DNA of 64,000 nucleotides, taken from the NCBI GenBank assembly GCA_965223265.1, contig OZ244999.1:3840001-3904000 (forward strand), in the 5' to 3' direction. Positions 29,561-39,487 of the stretch are shown piece by piece. Within the stretch, counting starts at the first letter, position 1, and each line of letters starts with the position of its first letter. Below the pieces are notes generated by a model. That model searched no databases and was not told the DNA's origin. It worked only from the letters and a program-made list of their open reading frames with translations. Both the position numbers and the translations under genes were made by a program. This DNA is from Planctomycetota bacterium (GTDB lineage Bacteria; Planctomycetota; UBA8108; SXIK01).

Positions 29561-30964
29561 ATGAACATGCTCCGACGTGAATCGATCTTCGCCTGGCTTG
29601 CTGTCGCTTGCCTCGGCTTCTTGCCGCTCGCCCACGGCAACACTCTCACCATTGGAAGCGGCAGTGCGAATCAAGGCCAAACGGTCGATATACCGCTGCA
29701 CGCCAGCGGCAACGAAGATGTCCAAGGTCTCGTGATGACGTTCGAGTGGGCTGCTGGCAGCGGCACGGGTGTCGAGCTTGTCGCACGCGACGGCGCGGGC
29801 GAACCGCTCGAAGGTGCCGACCTCATCGTCGGCCGGGTCGAGGACAGCTACATGGTCTTCTCGGTCGTTCTAGATACCGACGGCCAGGACAACGAAACGA
29901 TTCCCGCAGGCCCCGAAGTTCAAGTGGCAACGGCACGGATCCAGTGCCCCGCAAGCGTTGCTGGCACGGTCGTCACGCCGATTCGATTCGTCGAGAACAA
30001 ATACGCCACGGTTGACGGCGGTCCAACGCTCGAGAACCTGATCGTGAGCAACCGCCGCTCGATCCTGGCCCCGCAACTTGCGCTCACGGACGGCTCGTTC
30101 ACTTGCATTGGTGACGGCGGCCCCGGCGGACCGACGGCTTTCGCATGCGGCGCCAGCCTCGGCGGCGACGGCAACCCAGTAGACGCTTCAGGTAAGCACG
30201 AGGAAAGCCCGGTCGTGACGTTCTACTACAGCTCTGCAGAACTGATTCAGGGTCTTTCGATGGCCGTCACCTACGACTGCGCCCTGACCGCCCTGGCTGA
30301 CTCGCTCGACACGAGCGGCGGCGCGCTCGAAGAAGCCAACGCCGAGTTTCACAACATTGACATCGACAACGAGAGCCGAGGCGTCAACGGCGACGGCTGC
30401 GAGTTCACCTTTGGTATGCTGGTCGACTCGAGCGAACCGTTTGACGGCCGCACCCTACCGGCGACCGGCGGTGCGTTCCGTAAACTCTTCTCCCTGGCCT
30501 TCATGATTGAAGATGACGCCATGTGCGATCATTGCTTGTGGCTCAAGTTCGAGGACGGACTGGACGGCAACGGAACTCCTCCTGTCAAGAACCTCGCGTC
30601 GGTCGACTTCCAGTCGAGGAACGTCGAGACGAACGATTGCCGCGTCTGCGTTGACGGCGAAGCCCAGTTCATTCGCGGCGACTGTAACTTCTCCGGCGAG
30701 ATCATGATGGGAGTCAACATCGCAGACGCTGCGGCAGCCGTTGGCTTCATCTTCCTCGACGGCGCCCAGAAGTTTAACGCTCCGTGCGAAGACGCTTGCG
30801 ACGCCAACGACGACGGCCGTCTCGATGCCGCCGACGTGGTGTTCATTCTCGAGTACCTCTTTGTTCCGAACATGCCTGAGCCGCCCGCCCCGGGAGCGAT
30901 CTTTCCGGGATCGGACGAGACCGCCGACGACCTCGGCTGTGAAGGCGCCCCAACGCGCTGCTGA
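29561..30964 (+). CDS. Secreted protein with two cohesin-like domains and a C-terminal dockerin-like domain
   Basis: Signal peptide; 'TLTIGSGSANQGQTVDIPL...VQGLVMTFEW' and 'IQGLSMAVTYD' cohesin-like strands; 'FIRGDCN...NIADA...CDANDDGRLDAAD'. Confidence 0.75.
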   Translation: MNMLRRESIFAWLAVACLGFLPLAHGNTLTIGSGSANQGQTVDIPLHASGNEDVQGLVMTFEWAAGSGTGVELVARDGAGEPLEGADLIVGRVEDSYMVFSVVLDTDGQDNETIPAGPEVQVATARIQCPASVAGTVVTPIRFVENKYATVDGGPTLENLIVSNRRSILAPQLALTDGSFTCIGDGGPGGPTAFACGASLGGDGNPVDASGKHEESPVVTFYYSSAELIQGLSMAVTYDCALTALADSLDTSGGALEEANAEFHNIDIDNESRGVNGDGCEFTFGMLVDSSEPFDGRTLPATGGAFRKLFSLAFMIEDDAMCDHCLWLKFEDGLDGNGTPPVKNLASVDFQSRNVETNDCRVCVDGEAQFIRGDCNFSGEIMMGVNIADAAAAVGFIFLDGAQKFNAPCEDACDANDDGRLDAADVVFILEYLFVPNMPEPPAPGAIFPGSDETADDLGCEGAPTRC

Positions 30965-30981
30965 GATTCCGCGGCCGCGAG

Positions 30982-31019
30982 AAAAGCCCTGCTACGACTC
31001 CCGTGGCAGGGCTTTTTTT
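30982..31019. terminator. Intrinsic (probably bidirectional) terminator
   Basis: AAAAGCCCTGC...GCAGGGCTTTTTTT between convergent genes. Confidence 0.85.
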
Positions 31020-31086
31020 CTGCGCAGTCGGAGAGCGGCGCTCGTTGGCCGTGCGACCAAGACGGAATCGCTCCCGTTTGGCAATC

Positions 31087-32043
31087 TCAGTTGCACTCGG
31101 GATCGAGCGCCTCGGAGAGCTCTTCAAGATAGAAGAGCCGTCCCGGAATCGTCGGCATGAAGCTCGACGTCACCCACGGATCGGGACCGTACTGCAGCGT
31201 CACCTTGAGCGACAGCCCCTGCCAACACATGCCGCGCCCGAGAACGCCGTCCGCGCCGCCGATAGCGTAGTCAGCATTGAGAAACAAACCCGGCCCGACG
31301 GTGTTCGCGTACGCCGAGACGAGCGTGGTGCGGCTTTTGAAGCTGGTGATCGCGTTCTGTTCGATTGTCAGAGGATGGAGCTTCGCCGCTATGCGATGAG
31401 TCTCCGCACGCCATGCGTCGGTGGTCTCATACTCGGCGGCAAAATTCGGTTCCCAAAACGCTATGTGCATCGCACGGCCAATCCCGTACACGACAACGAA
31501 CATGGCCCCCGCTCGCCGCAGCGCCTCGATCCGCGCGGCGTACTCCGGCAAGACATCCAAACTGGCGTAATACCTCTGCGCCACAGGGACCGTCAGGTCT
31601 CCGAGCGGTTCGTAAAACGCCGCCTCCATGGCACCTTGAAATGATCCAGGCGCACTTCCGGGAAGCGTGTTTCCGTCGGCGTCGGACCACTCGTCCATGG
31701 TGAATGCGTGGACATGGTCGCAACGAGTGCCTGAAATCTGCAGTGCCCGAATTGCCCAGCGATACATGCCCATTGGGCCGACGGGAACGATCATGGCAAT
31801 CTGCCGCCCGCTGGACTTCGCGTCGTGGATGACGCGGGCGATTTCGAGCCCCATCTCGACCTCGAAATCGTTCAAGCTCGCCGTCGCAATCGGCGAAAAC
31901 CCTGGATGCCAGTGCGGCGCACGTCGCGTCGCCTGCTCGCGCGGCAGACCCGCGATGTCATCCATCCGCTTCAGATCCCATCCTGCCGGAAAGAATCCCT
32001 CGAGATGTGAGCCCTTGATCGTGCTGAGGAGATCAATCTTCAT
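31087..32043 (-). CDS. Glucosamine-6-phosphate isomerase/deaminase-like (NagB fold) protein
   Basis: '[10 protein letters not shown]', 'FTMDEW', '[13 protein letters not shown]'; overlaps the stop of the PIG-L gene. Confidence 0.78.
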   Translation of the reverse strand: MKIDLLSTIKGSHLEGFFPAGWDLKRMDDIAGLPREQATRRAPHWHPGFSPIATASLNDFEVEMGLEIARVIHDAKSSGRQIAMIVPVGPMGMYRWAIRALQISGTRCDHVHAFTMDEWSDADGNTLPGSAPGSFQGAMEAAFYEPLGDLTVPVAQRYYASLDVLPEYAARIEALRRAGAMFVVVYGIGRAMHIAFWEPNFAAEYETTDAWRAETHRIAAKLHPLTIEQNAITSFKSRTTLVSAYANTVGPGLFLNADYAIGGADGVLGRGMCWQGLSLKVTLQYGPDPWVTSSFMPTIPGRLFYLEELSEALDPECN

Positions 32044-32818
32044 GCGCCCTCCCATCGGTGGTGATGCGTCGAACAAGCGGTTGAAGCTCTGCTGCCAGTA
32101 GATCGTCGTCCGGGTAAGCGTGGCCGCGGTGTTGCCGGAACCCCTCTGCATAGCCGCATGCCACCAAAGCGCCTCGGGCGCGCGCCCACCGCCTCGTCAT
32201 GTCGAGGTACTCGTCCACTCCGTGGTGCTCCCTGAGCCAGTCACGCTGCGAGGCATGCAGCGCCAGCATCGAGAGCTTGCGGTCGATGACGTCTGTCGTA
32301 TCGACACAGTAGGACGGAGTGACCGGGGCACCGAAACGATCGACCGCCTCGACCGGGTCCGCGTAGTAGAGGTGAGGGATGCGTTCAAGCGGACGCGTGC
32401 TCGGCGGCGCCGGGGCGTTGGGAATCGGTGCATTGAAGGCCGCGGCACGCGCGACGAGAGACGTTTGTTCGTGGTCGAGCATGTAGTCGCTCGGGGAATG
32501 TGTGATCAGGATGTCGGGGCGCACAAGCCGCAGCAAGCCACACGCCGCGACGAGCGTGTCGTCGTCGTAGTGGACGCGAAGGTCCCGGCGCTCGAGGCAG
32601 TGGTAACTACCGCCGAGGTAGGCCGCGGCGTCGGCCGCTTCGCGCCGGCGTATGGACGCGATCTCTTCGGGGGGAAGCGTCGCGGACCCACAGTCGCCCG
32701 GTGTCGCTGTCGCGATGTGGATCGACCAGCCTTTATCGGCAAGCAGGACAAGCACACCGCCGCAAAGAATCTCCGCGTCGTCAGGATGCGCCATCAGCGT
32801 AAGAACCGTTCGCGACAT
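32033..32818 (-). CDS. PIG-L/LmbE family N-acetylhexosamine deacetylase
   Basis: 'AHPDDAE', 'RRREA..AA', 'ITHSP.DYMLDH', 'HASQ'. Confidence 0.9.
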   Translation of the reverse strand: MSRTVLTLMAHPDDAEILCGGVLVLLADKGWSIHIATATPGDCGSATLPPEEIASIRRREAADAAAYLGGSYHCLERRDLRVHYDDDTLVAACGLLRLVRPDILITHSPSDYMLDHEQTSLVARAAAFNAPIPNAPAPPSTRPLERIPHLYYADPVEAVDRFGAPVTPSYCVDTTDVIDRKLSMLALHASQRDWLREHHGVDEYLDMTRRWARARGALVACGYAEGFRQHRGHAYPDDDLLAAELQPLVRRITTDGRAHED

Positions 32819-33005
32819 GGCGCTATTGTCGATAAGGCACGCACATCGTCAACTGTTGCCTTTCCCATCCCGACGTGTTTCCATTGGGACGCACAGCCCG
32901 AGACTCCGGCGCGGATGCACGACGTCGCCCTACGATGCACGCGTTATGCACGCGTCATGCACGCGGATGGAAGACGATCAACGATCTGTAGAAAGGCGAC
33001 GGCGA

Positions 33006-34316
33006 ATGAAAGCGGCTGCGGGGCCGGCAACGAAGCGTGAGATTTTCGCGTGGATGATGTTCGACTTCGCCAACTCCAGCTACACGACGGTCATCATCAC
33101 GGCGGTCTACGCGCCCTATTTCGTCAACGCCATCGCCGCAGGAAGTGGTCTGTCGCGCGAAGACGGCGAATGGTACTGGGGAGCATCGGTCGCCGTGTCG
33201 CAGTTCTTCGTCCTCATCAGCGCTCCAGTCGTCGGGGCGATCTGCGATTTCTCCAGTAGCAAGAAGCGTTTTCTTTTCGCCACCTACGTCGGCTGCGTCG
33301 CCGCCACGTTCGCGCTCGGCTGGGTCGGACCCGGCGATCTGGCTGCGGGCATCGCGCTGCTCGTGGTTTCGAACTTTTTCTTTTCGAGCGGCGAAAACCT
33401 CATCGCTGCCTTCTTGCCGGAGATCACAACGCCGCAGCGTATGGGTCTCGTCAGCGGACTGGGGTGGGGGATCGGCTACATCGGCGGGCTCCTGTCGCTC
33501 GTGGCATGTTACGCGTTCGTGAGCTCGGGGATCGACTCCGAGCACGCCGAGACGGTCCAGTGGGCGTTCATCATGACGGCCCTCTTCTTCCTCGCGGGTG
33601 GCCTACCGACGATCCTTTTTTTGAAGGAGCGGGCCCACCCCATGCCACTCGCGGCGGGCGACAACTACGTCAAGGCCGGGTTCCGGCGAGTCGCCACGAC
33701 CCTGCGTGAGGTCCGACGCCATCGCCAGCTGTTCCGTTTTCTCGCGATCTTCTTCGTCTACAATATAGGCATCTTTATCGTCATCGCGTTTTCGTCGATC
33801 TACGCCATCAACGAGCTCGGCTTCTCGGCCAACGAAGTCATCACGTTCTTTGTCGTCGTCCAGCTGTCGGCATCTCTCGGCGCGCTCGGATTCGGCGCTC
33901 TCCAGGACCGTCTAAGCGCGCGCTGGGCGCTCTCGCTGTCGCTCGTGTGCTGGCTCATCGTCTGTGTTGGAGCCTACTTCACGTCGACTTCCGCCCAGTT
34001 TTACGTCGTCGGCAACATCGCGGGGATCGCCATGGGTTCGTCGCAGAGCGGCGCTCGAGCGCTCGTCGGCACGTTTTCTCCTCCGGAGCGCAGCGGCGAG
34101 TTCTTCGGCTTTTGGGGCTTAGTGTGGAAACTGAGTACCTGCGTCGGTCCATTGGCGTTCAGCACCACGACAAAACTCGTTGGGATGCGGACTGCCGTAC
34201 TCCTCACGGGCGTGACGTTTCTCGTCGGCCTGATCGGGATGTGCTTCGTCGATGAGGCCGCGGGACGACGCGAAGCACTTGAAACGCCGGTGGATTCACC
34301 TGTGAGGCGCGCGTGA
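33006..34316 (+). CDS. MFS transporter (UMF1/ATG22-like)
   Basis: 'WMMFDFANSSYTTVI', about 12 TM helices, 'GEFFGFWG'. Start at ATG 33006. Confidence 0.9.
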   Translation: MKAAAGPATKREIFAWMMFDFANSSYTTVIITAVYAPYFVNAIAAGSGLSREDGEWYWGASVAVSQFFVLISAPVVGAICDFSSSKKRFLFATYVGCVAATFALGWVGPGDLAAGIALLVVSNFFFSSGENLIAAFLPEITTPQRMGLVSGLGWGIGYIGGLLSLVACYAFVSSGIDSEHAETVQWAFIMTALFFLAGGLPTILFLKERAHPMPLAAGDNYVKAGFRRVATTLREVRRHRQLFRFLAIFFVYNIGIFIVIAFSSIYAINELGFSANEVITFFVVVQLSASLGALGFGALQDRLSARWALSLSLVCWLIVCVGAYFTSTSAQFYVVGNIAGIAMGSSQSGARALVGTFSPPERSGEFFGFWGLVWKLSTCVGPLAFSTTTKLVGMRTAVLLTGVTFLVGLIGMCFVDEAAGRREALETPVDSPVRRA

Positions 34317-35353
34317 GCGACGGCACTTCGGCAGCTCAAAATCTTCTCGGCAAGATTCGACGCGTCCACGAACGAATCCGCGCCTCCGTACTGAACGCCT
34401 GCGAGGCGGCAACAGCGAAAGAGCTGACGGAAATCGTCAGCGACGCCGACGGCGACACGATCTATGCCATCGATCGCATCAGCGAAAGCACGCTCGTCGA
34501 GGCCATCGAGCTTGAGCTCGCACCCGCAGAGCCCGTCGTCTTGATCGCCGAAGGCATTGCGTCGGAGTCCGTGGTGCTGCCGCGCGGTTCCCGCGCACGC
34601 GACGCCGCCTGGAGGGTGATCGTTGACCCGATCGATGGCACTCGCCATCTCATGTATCAGAAGCGGAGCGGCTGGATTCTCACCGGGGTCGCACCCAATC
34701 GAGGCGACCAAACGTCGCTTTCAGACATCGAGCTCGCCGTGCAAACCGAGATTCCGACACTGAAACAGCACCTCGCCGACACACTGTGGGCCGTGCGAGG
34801 CCACGCGGCCCAAGGCGAGCGCTGGAACCGACTTTCCGGCGAGCGCACGCCTCTGAACCTCGTGCCGTCGCGTGCCGAAACGGTCGAGCATGGCTTCGCG
34901 ACCGTGTGCCGATATTTTCCCGGCGCGCGCGACGTGCTGGCCGCGATCGACGACGAGATCGTCACAGCGATCGCCGGCCCTGTGCGGCCGGGAAAGGCTC
35001 TCTGCTTCGAAGACCAGTACGCCTCAACAGCGGGACAGCTCTACGAGCTGACCGTCGGGCACGACCGCTTCGTAGCGGACCTGAGGCCACTGCTGCTTCA
35101 GCGCCGACGTGAACGCCCCAGCGATGGGGTCGGAATCTGTTGCCATCCTTATGACCTTTGCACGGAGCTCATCGCCCGCCAAGCCGGAGTTGTCGTCACT
35201 GGGGTGGACGGCCGCGCGCTCAACGCACCGTTAAACGTGTCCGAAAACGTTGGCTGGATCGGCTATGCTAACCCAAACCTTCGGGCCAAAGTGGAGCCCG
35301 TGCTGCAGCGCGCGCTCAGAACCCGCGGACTTCTTGACGGCAGCGCCGGCTAG
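34313..35353 (+). CDS. Inositol monophosphatase/FBPase superfamily protein
   Basis: 'IVDPIDGTR' metal-binding motif, 'HPYDL...LIARQAGVVVT'; GTGA overlap with the MFS gene. Confidence 0.85.
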   Translation: MSDGTSAAQNLLGKIRRVHERIRASVLNACEAATAKELTEIVSDADGDTIYAIDRISESTLVEAIELELAPAEPVVLIAEGIASESVVLPRGSRARDAAWRVIVDPIDGTRHLMYQKRSGWILTGVAPNRGDQTSLSDIELAVQTEIPTLKQHLADTLWAVRGHAAQGERWNRLSGERTPLNLVPSRAETVEHGFATVCRYFPGARDVLAAIDDEIVTAIAGPVRPGKALCFEDQYASTAGQLYELTVGHDRFVADLRPLLLQRRRERPSDGVGICCHPYDLCTELIARQAGVVVTGVDGRALNAPLNVSENVGWIGYANPNLRAKVEPVLQRALRTRGLLDGSAG

Positions 35354-35416
35354 GTTCAACAACGTCTCGACCATAACCAAGAACTTGTTGCTTCTGCGAC
35401 ACCGGGAGTAGCCCCT

Positions 35417-35854
35417 TTGCGCGCACTTGGGATTCTCATTGCAGCTCTCTCGATCGGCTTCGGAATTGTCGCGGGGCGTGTTGAACACGATCGATCGCAC
35501 GCTCCACAGATTCGCCAGCCGGTCTCGCCTGCTCCCTCACTGCCGCCGCCGGCTCCGGCTGCAGCCACCGGCGTCCCTGAGACTCCACCTGTCAACGATT
35601 CATCACCCCAGTCGGCCGAGACCGCGAGTCACGATGCGATCGTTTCCCAACTCGACGAACTGGTGAGGCGCGCGCACGTGGCATACACTGCGGCGGCCGC
35701 GGAGCGCGACAACGCTCGGCTCGACGCCATACTCAACGATCTGGAGACGGTGTTGAAACGCCTCAGCGCGCTACCGGAAAGTGACGTCACGATCGAACTC
35801 CTAGGCCGGGTGAACCAGCTGCGATCCGACATCGTGCGGATGAAAGGGTTTTGA
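35417..35854 (+). CDS. Hypothetical exported/membrane-anchored protein (TM, Pro-rich linker, helical domain)
   Basis: Hydrophobic N-terminus, PAPSLPPPAP linker, amphipathic helices; GGGAG upstream of TTG. Confidence 0.55.
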   Translation: MRALGILIAALSIGFGIVAGRVEHDRSHAPQIRQPVSPAPSLPPPAPAAATGVPETPPVNDSSPQSAETASHDAIVSQLDELVRRAHVAYTAAAAERDNARLDAILNDLETVLKRLSALPESDVTIELLGRVNQLRSDIVRMKGF

Positions 35855-36079
35855 CTGGTCACAACCCACCGCTCGCCGGAGATCGCGGCGGTTAGTGAAA
35901 GAATTGGCTCTGCCAGCAGGGCAGGGAAAGGCAGGGGATTCGGCCAGAATTGCTTTCTTCACGCGACTGACGAGTGATATCCTGAGGCGTGTAGAGGTTT
36001 TCGGGTCGCATACGGTTCACGCGATGGCTGCGGGGGGAGAGCCCCCTCGTGAGCTGCGTACGCGGATCGGTTTGGGTCC

Positions 36080-36115
36080 GTTACCGTGACGTTTGAAGTT
36101 ACCGTGACGATCGAA
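36080..36115. promoter_or_regulatory. 18-bp direct repeat upstream of the cohesin-dockerin gene; possible regulator site
   Basis: GTTACCGTGACGTTTGAA GTTACCGTGACGATCGAA. Confidence 0.45.
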
Positions 36116-36228
36116 GTCGCGAGTTTTCCTCGGGACTTCCGACGCAGAGAACCAAAAATGAGAGAAGAGATGATCGACTCGCCGCTCGGGCCGCGGTGCC
36201 ACTACCGACTCAGCGTGAGGGTTTCGAA

Positions 36229-37065
36229 ATGAGTAGACGCCTGCTTTGGATCACCGTCCTGACTTCAGCATGGATGAGCTCAAGCTCGGTCCAAGCTGTC
36301 AATCGTCTCCTCGTCGAGGACGGACAGCTCTCGATCAGTCCCAACCAGCAACAAATCATCGTGCGTGTCGATAACGATGTGACGCTTTTCGGGGCCTCGT
36401 TTGGCATCGGGTTCGACCCCGCGGTTCTCCGCGTTGACAGCGTCACCTGGGAAGGCGCGCTCGCTACCGAACCCGAGTGGTTCGACGGACTCATTGACAA
36501 CGGCTCGGGAATGCTCGGCTACGGAATGGTCTTCGACTTCGGTCCGTTCGACAACGCCCTTCCCCCAGGAACCAATCAGCCGGTTGCCGTCTTGAACGTG
36601 ACGGTCCTCGCCAGTGAGGAGACGACCACCGAGATCACGTTCGCTGATCAGCCAATCAACGAGAGCCGGCCGGTGCAAAACCGTCTCACCAGCGATCTCG
36701 GTGAGACACAGATCCCGGAGCTGGTCAACGCGACCATCCAGATCGGTGGTGCGGGCGCCCTGATCCAACCATACGACGTTAACCTCGATGGCGGCGTCGA
36801 CATCTCCGACCCGATTTCGGACCTCAATTTTCAGTTCGCCGGCGTCTCGATTGACGCTTGTCTCATCGAGGAAGGCGGCGGTCCAGTGGTCACACTGAAC
36901 GCCACGGGGTTGGCACTGTTCGACTGGAATGGCGACGGCACTCACGACATTTCAGACCCGGTAGGCTCCCTCAACTTTCAGTTCGCCGGCGGCAACAACC
37001 CGCCGCATGCTCTCGGGTCCGACTGTCTCGCGTTCGTTGGGACTTGTCCGAGCGTCTGCAACTAG
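36229..37065 (+). CDS. Secreted protein with one cohesin-like and one dockerin-like domain
   Basis: Signal peptide '...SSVQA'; 'LFGASFGIGFDPAVLRV'; duplicated 'DVNLDGGVDISDP...LNFQFAG' / 'DWNGDGTHDISDP...LNFQFAG'. Confidence 0.75.
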   Translation: MSRRLLWITVLTSAWMSSSSVQAVNRLLVEDGQLSISPNQQQIIVRVDNDVTLFGASFGIGFDPAVLRVDSVTWEGALATEPEWFDGLIDNGSGMLGYGMVFDFGPFDNALPPGTNQPVAVLNVTVLASEETTTEITFADQPINESRPVQNRLTSDLGETQIPELVNATIQIGGAGALIQPYDVNLDGGVDISDPISDLNFQFAGVSIDACLIEEGGGPVVTLNATGLALFDWNGDGTHDISDPVGSLNFQFAGGNNPPHALGSDCLAFVGTCPSVCN

Positions 37066-37131
37066 AAGCGATCCAAGACAGGCCGCGCGCACAAGCGAAG
37101 CGCCGTGGTCTATTTCACGCGCCGGGGCGCT

Positions 37132-39024
37132 ATGATTGAGGGCTCATCCGTGAGACCACTCGCAGCAGCCATCCCGCCAGACGCGAACCGTGGTCGCCGC
37201 TCGCGGAGCTTACCGCGTGCCGTGAGTCTCGTCGCCCTACTATGTGGTACGCTCTCGACACCGCTGGCGCGAGCTGAAGATGGCCCGAGCGACCCCGCGC
37301 CGCTGCAGGTCGTCTCAAGCAGTCCAACTCCCGCCGCCGAGTTCAAAAGACTCCACGAAGTCTTCCTGGACGAGAAAGACAAGGACCCTTTCGAACGCGT
37401 CGTGACGCTTGAAAAGTTCGTCACGGCGCCCTGCACCGAGACGGTCGATTTCTTGATCGGGCTGTTCGAATCAGAGTCAGCGACTGTTCTCCATGCCACG
37501 GCTGCCGGCGTATTGGCTGAGCTTGGCACCGTGGAGGCAGTCAAAGCGGTGTTCCTCAAGGGCATTCCGCTCGTCGTCAAAGCCGAAGGCGACAAGTCGT
37601 TCAGCGTGCCGTTCATTGCGGGGCGTCTGGAAGGAAACCTTGAGACAAAGGCGGAGGAATGGCTGGTCAAGAAAGGCCTTAGACTCCCTGTTGTCAAGAG
37701 AATCAGCAGACTACGCTCGCTGGTGATGAATGCGATCGCGAGTGGCAACAGCGAAGCGCGTATGCCGCTCCTAGCACGCGAGCTCAAACGCACCGATTCA
37801 GACACTCTGCGAGTAAAGATCCTTGACAGCTTCGTGGACCGACCATCTCGAAAGGCTGCAGACGCGGCACTCGCGTTAGTGAAGTCGAGGAATGCAGAAG
37901 TCGCAGCGATCGCAACCTACGTTCTCGTGGCCGCTGAACACAAGCGCTACAGGAAACATTTCAAGACAGCGCTCAAGCATCGTGACTGGCGAGTTCGAGC
38001 CGCCGGGATCGACGGACTCAGCAAGCTCAAAGACCCGGACGATGTCGAAGTCCTCGCTCGCTCTCTTGAGGACGTGTCGCTCGAAGTGAGAATCGCGGCC
38101 ATTGGCGCACTGCGCGATATTGGCGGCACCGCAGTGATCCCCCCCCTGATCGATGCCCTCGGAAGGAATCGCGGCAGGGTCCTCGACGACGCGCTGGACG
38201 CCCTCGCACGTCTGACGAAACGCAGCGGTGGGGTGAACGTAGCGAACTGGCGCTCGTGGTGGAACGTCAATGAGGCCCGGCTCTCGGACGAGGATCTTCA
38301 AGCCATGAGCGCGCAGGAGTACAGCGACTTCAAGGCACGACAGACCCAAGGGAGCACCGCGGTGTACTATGGGCTCAGAGTGCTCTCAGAGAGAATCGCA
38401 TTCCTGATCGACACCTCCGAAAGCATGGAGCGGAAAGTAGCGGATCAAGACACGAAGAAGACGCGCAAGAAGCGAAAAAAACCGACCACGTCGGCCGCAG
38501 GCACGAACGAAAAAGATAAAGGACGCAAGAAGAGCAAAAAGCGCAAGGAAAAGAGTGAGGCCACCGGCGTCAGACGCCTCGTACTGGCAAAAAGAGAACT
38601 CCAAGAAGTGATCGGTGCTCTCGAAGATGGCATTCGTCTCAACGTGCTACGGTTCAACACGTTCATCGTTGACTTCGCGTCAACACTTCACGGTGACGGC
38701 AGCGCGAAACTCGCGTCCCTCGATGCGAAGTTACGCTCCAAGATCGGTAGGTTCGTGCGCAGTGCACGGGCGGAAGGGTTGACCAACGTGTCCGGGGCGC
38801 TCGCGGCCGTGTTTCGCTACGAGGTCGACACGATCTATCTGCTGTCGGATGGGGCGCCGACTGTTGGCATCGTCGATCACGCGACACTTCTCGCGCAGGT
38901 GCGCCGGTGGAACCGCTTTCGAAAAGTGAAGATCAACGTCATCGGCTTCGCGCTCGAAGGGGTCGATCGAGAGCTCATGCAGCGCCTGGCGGCCGAGAAC
39001 TTCGGGGTGTACGTGGAGCGTTGA
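37132..39024 (+). CDS. Exported HEAT-repeat protein with C-terminal vWA domain
   Basis: HEAT repeats 'DWRVRAAGIDGL', 'LEVRIAAIGAL'; MIDAS 'LIDTSESM', 'GLTN', 'LLSDGAP'; Lys-rich insertion inside the vWA domain. Confidence 0.85.
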   Translation: MIEGSSVRPLAAAIPPDANRGRRSRSLPRAVSLVALLCGTLSTPLARAEDGPSDPAPLQVVSSSPTPAAEFKRLHEVFLDEKDKDPFERVVTLEKFVTAPCTETVDFLIGLFESESATVLHATAAGVLAELGTVEAVKAVFLKGIPLVVKAEGDKSFSVPFIAGRLEGNLETKAEEWLVKKGLRLPVVKRISRLRSLVMNAIASGNSEARMPLLARELKRTDSDTLRVKILDSFVDRPSRKAADAALALVKSRNAEVAAIATYVLVAAEHKRYRKHFKTALKHRDWRVRAAGIDGLSKLKDPDDVEVLARSLEDVSLEVRIAAIGALRDIGGTAVIPPLIDALGRNRGRVLDDALDALARLTKRSGGVNVANWRSWWNVNEARLSDEDLQAMSAQEYSDFKARQTQGSTAVYYGLRVLSERIAFLIDTSESMERKVADQDTKKTRKKRKKPTTSAAGTNEKDKGRKKSKKRKEKSEATGVRRLVLAKRELQEVIGALEDGIRLNVLRFNTFIVDFASTLHGDGSAKLASLDAKLRSKIGRFVRSARAEGLTNVSGALAAVFRYEVDTIYLLSDGAPTVGIVDHATLLAQVRRWNRFRKVKINVIGFALEGVDRELMQRLAAENFGVYVER

Positions 39025-39487
39025 TTGGGCGCGGAGGCACTCCCGGCGGCGCAGGTAAACCCGTCCCCAAGGAGTGCCAGGCGAGTTCACTCGACGACGA
39101 TTGAGCCTGCGGCGTCTTCGCTGACTCGCTCGCTAACAGCCGGCGCTGCGTTAGCCGTCCGTTCGGCACCGCTGGAAACTCTACAGCTTCGAGATCGGTC
39201 GTTCCGCCGCGGCGGGAACTGTGCTAACATCAGTGGCGTCTCGGCCTAGCGCCGACCGGTTCCGTAAGATGATCAGAAGATCACAATCCCGTAAAGATTT
39301 GAGATGCCTCCGGACGGCAATCCGCGGCATCAGAAGCAAGTCCACAGATTGACTCAATCAGAAAACTCATGCCTTCTGACTGAGTCCGGATCGCCGCCGC
39401 CACCGCAACTTGGCCGTCAGGCTCGACGGCGAAGATAGAGGCGTTTTGGCGTCCGAGAGATCGAGACCAACCTTCCGAGGGAGTTCG

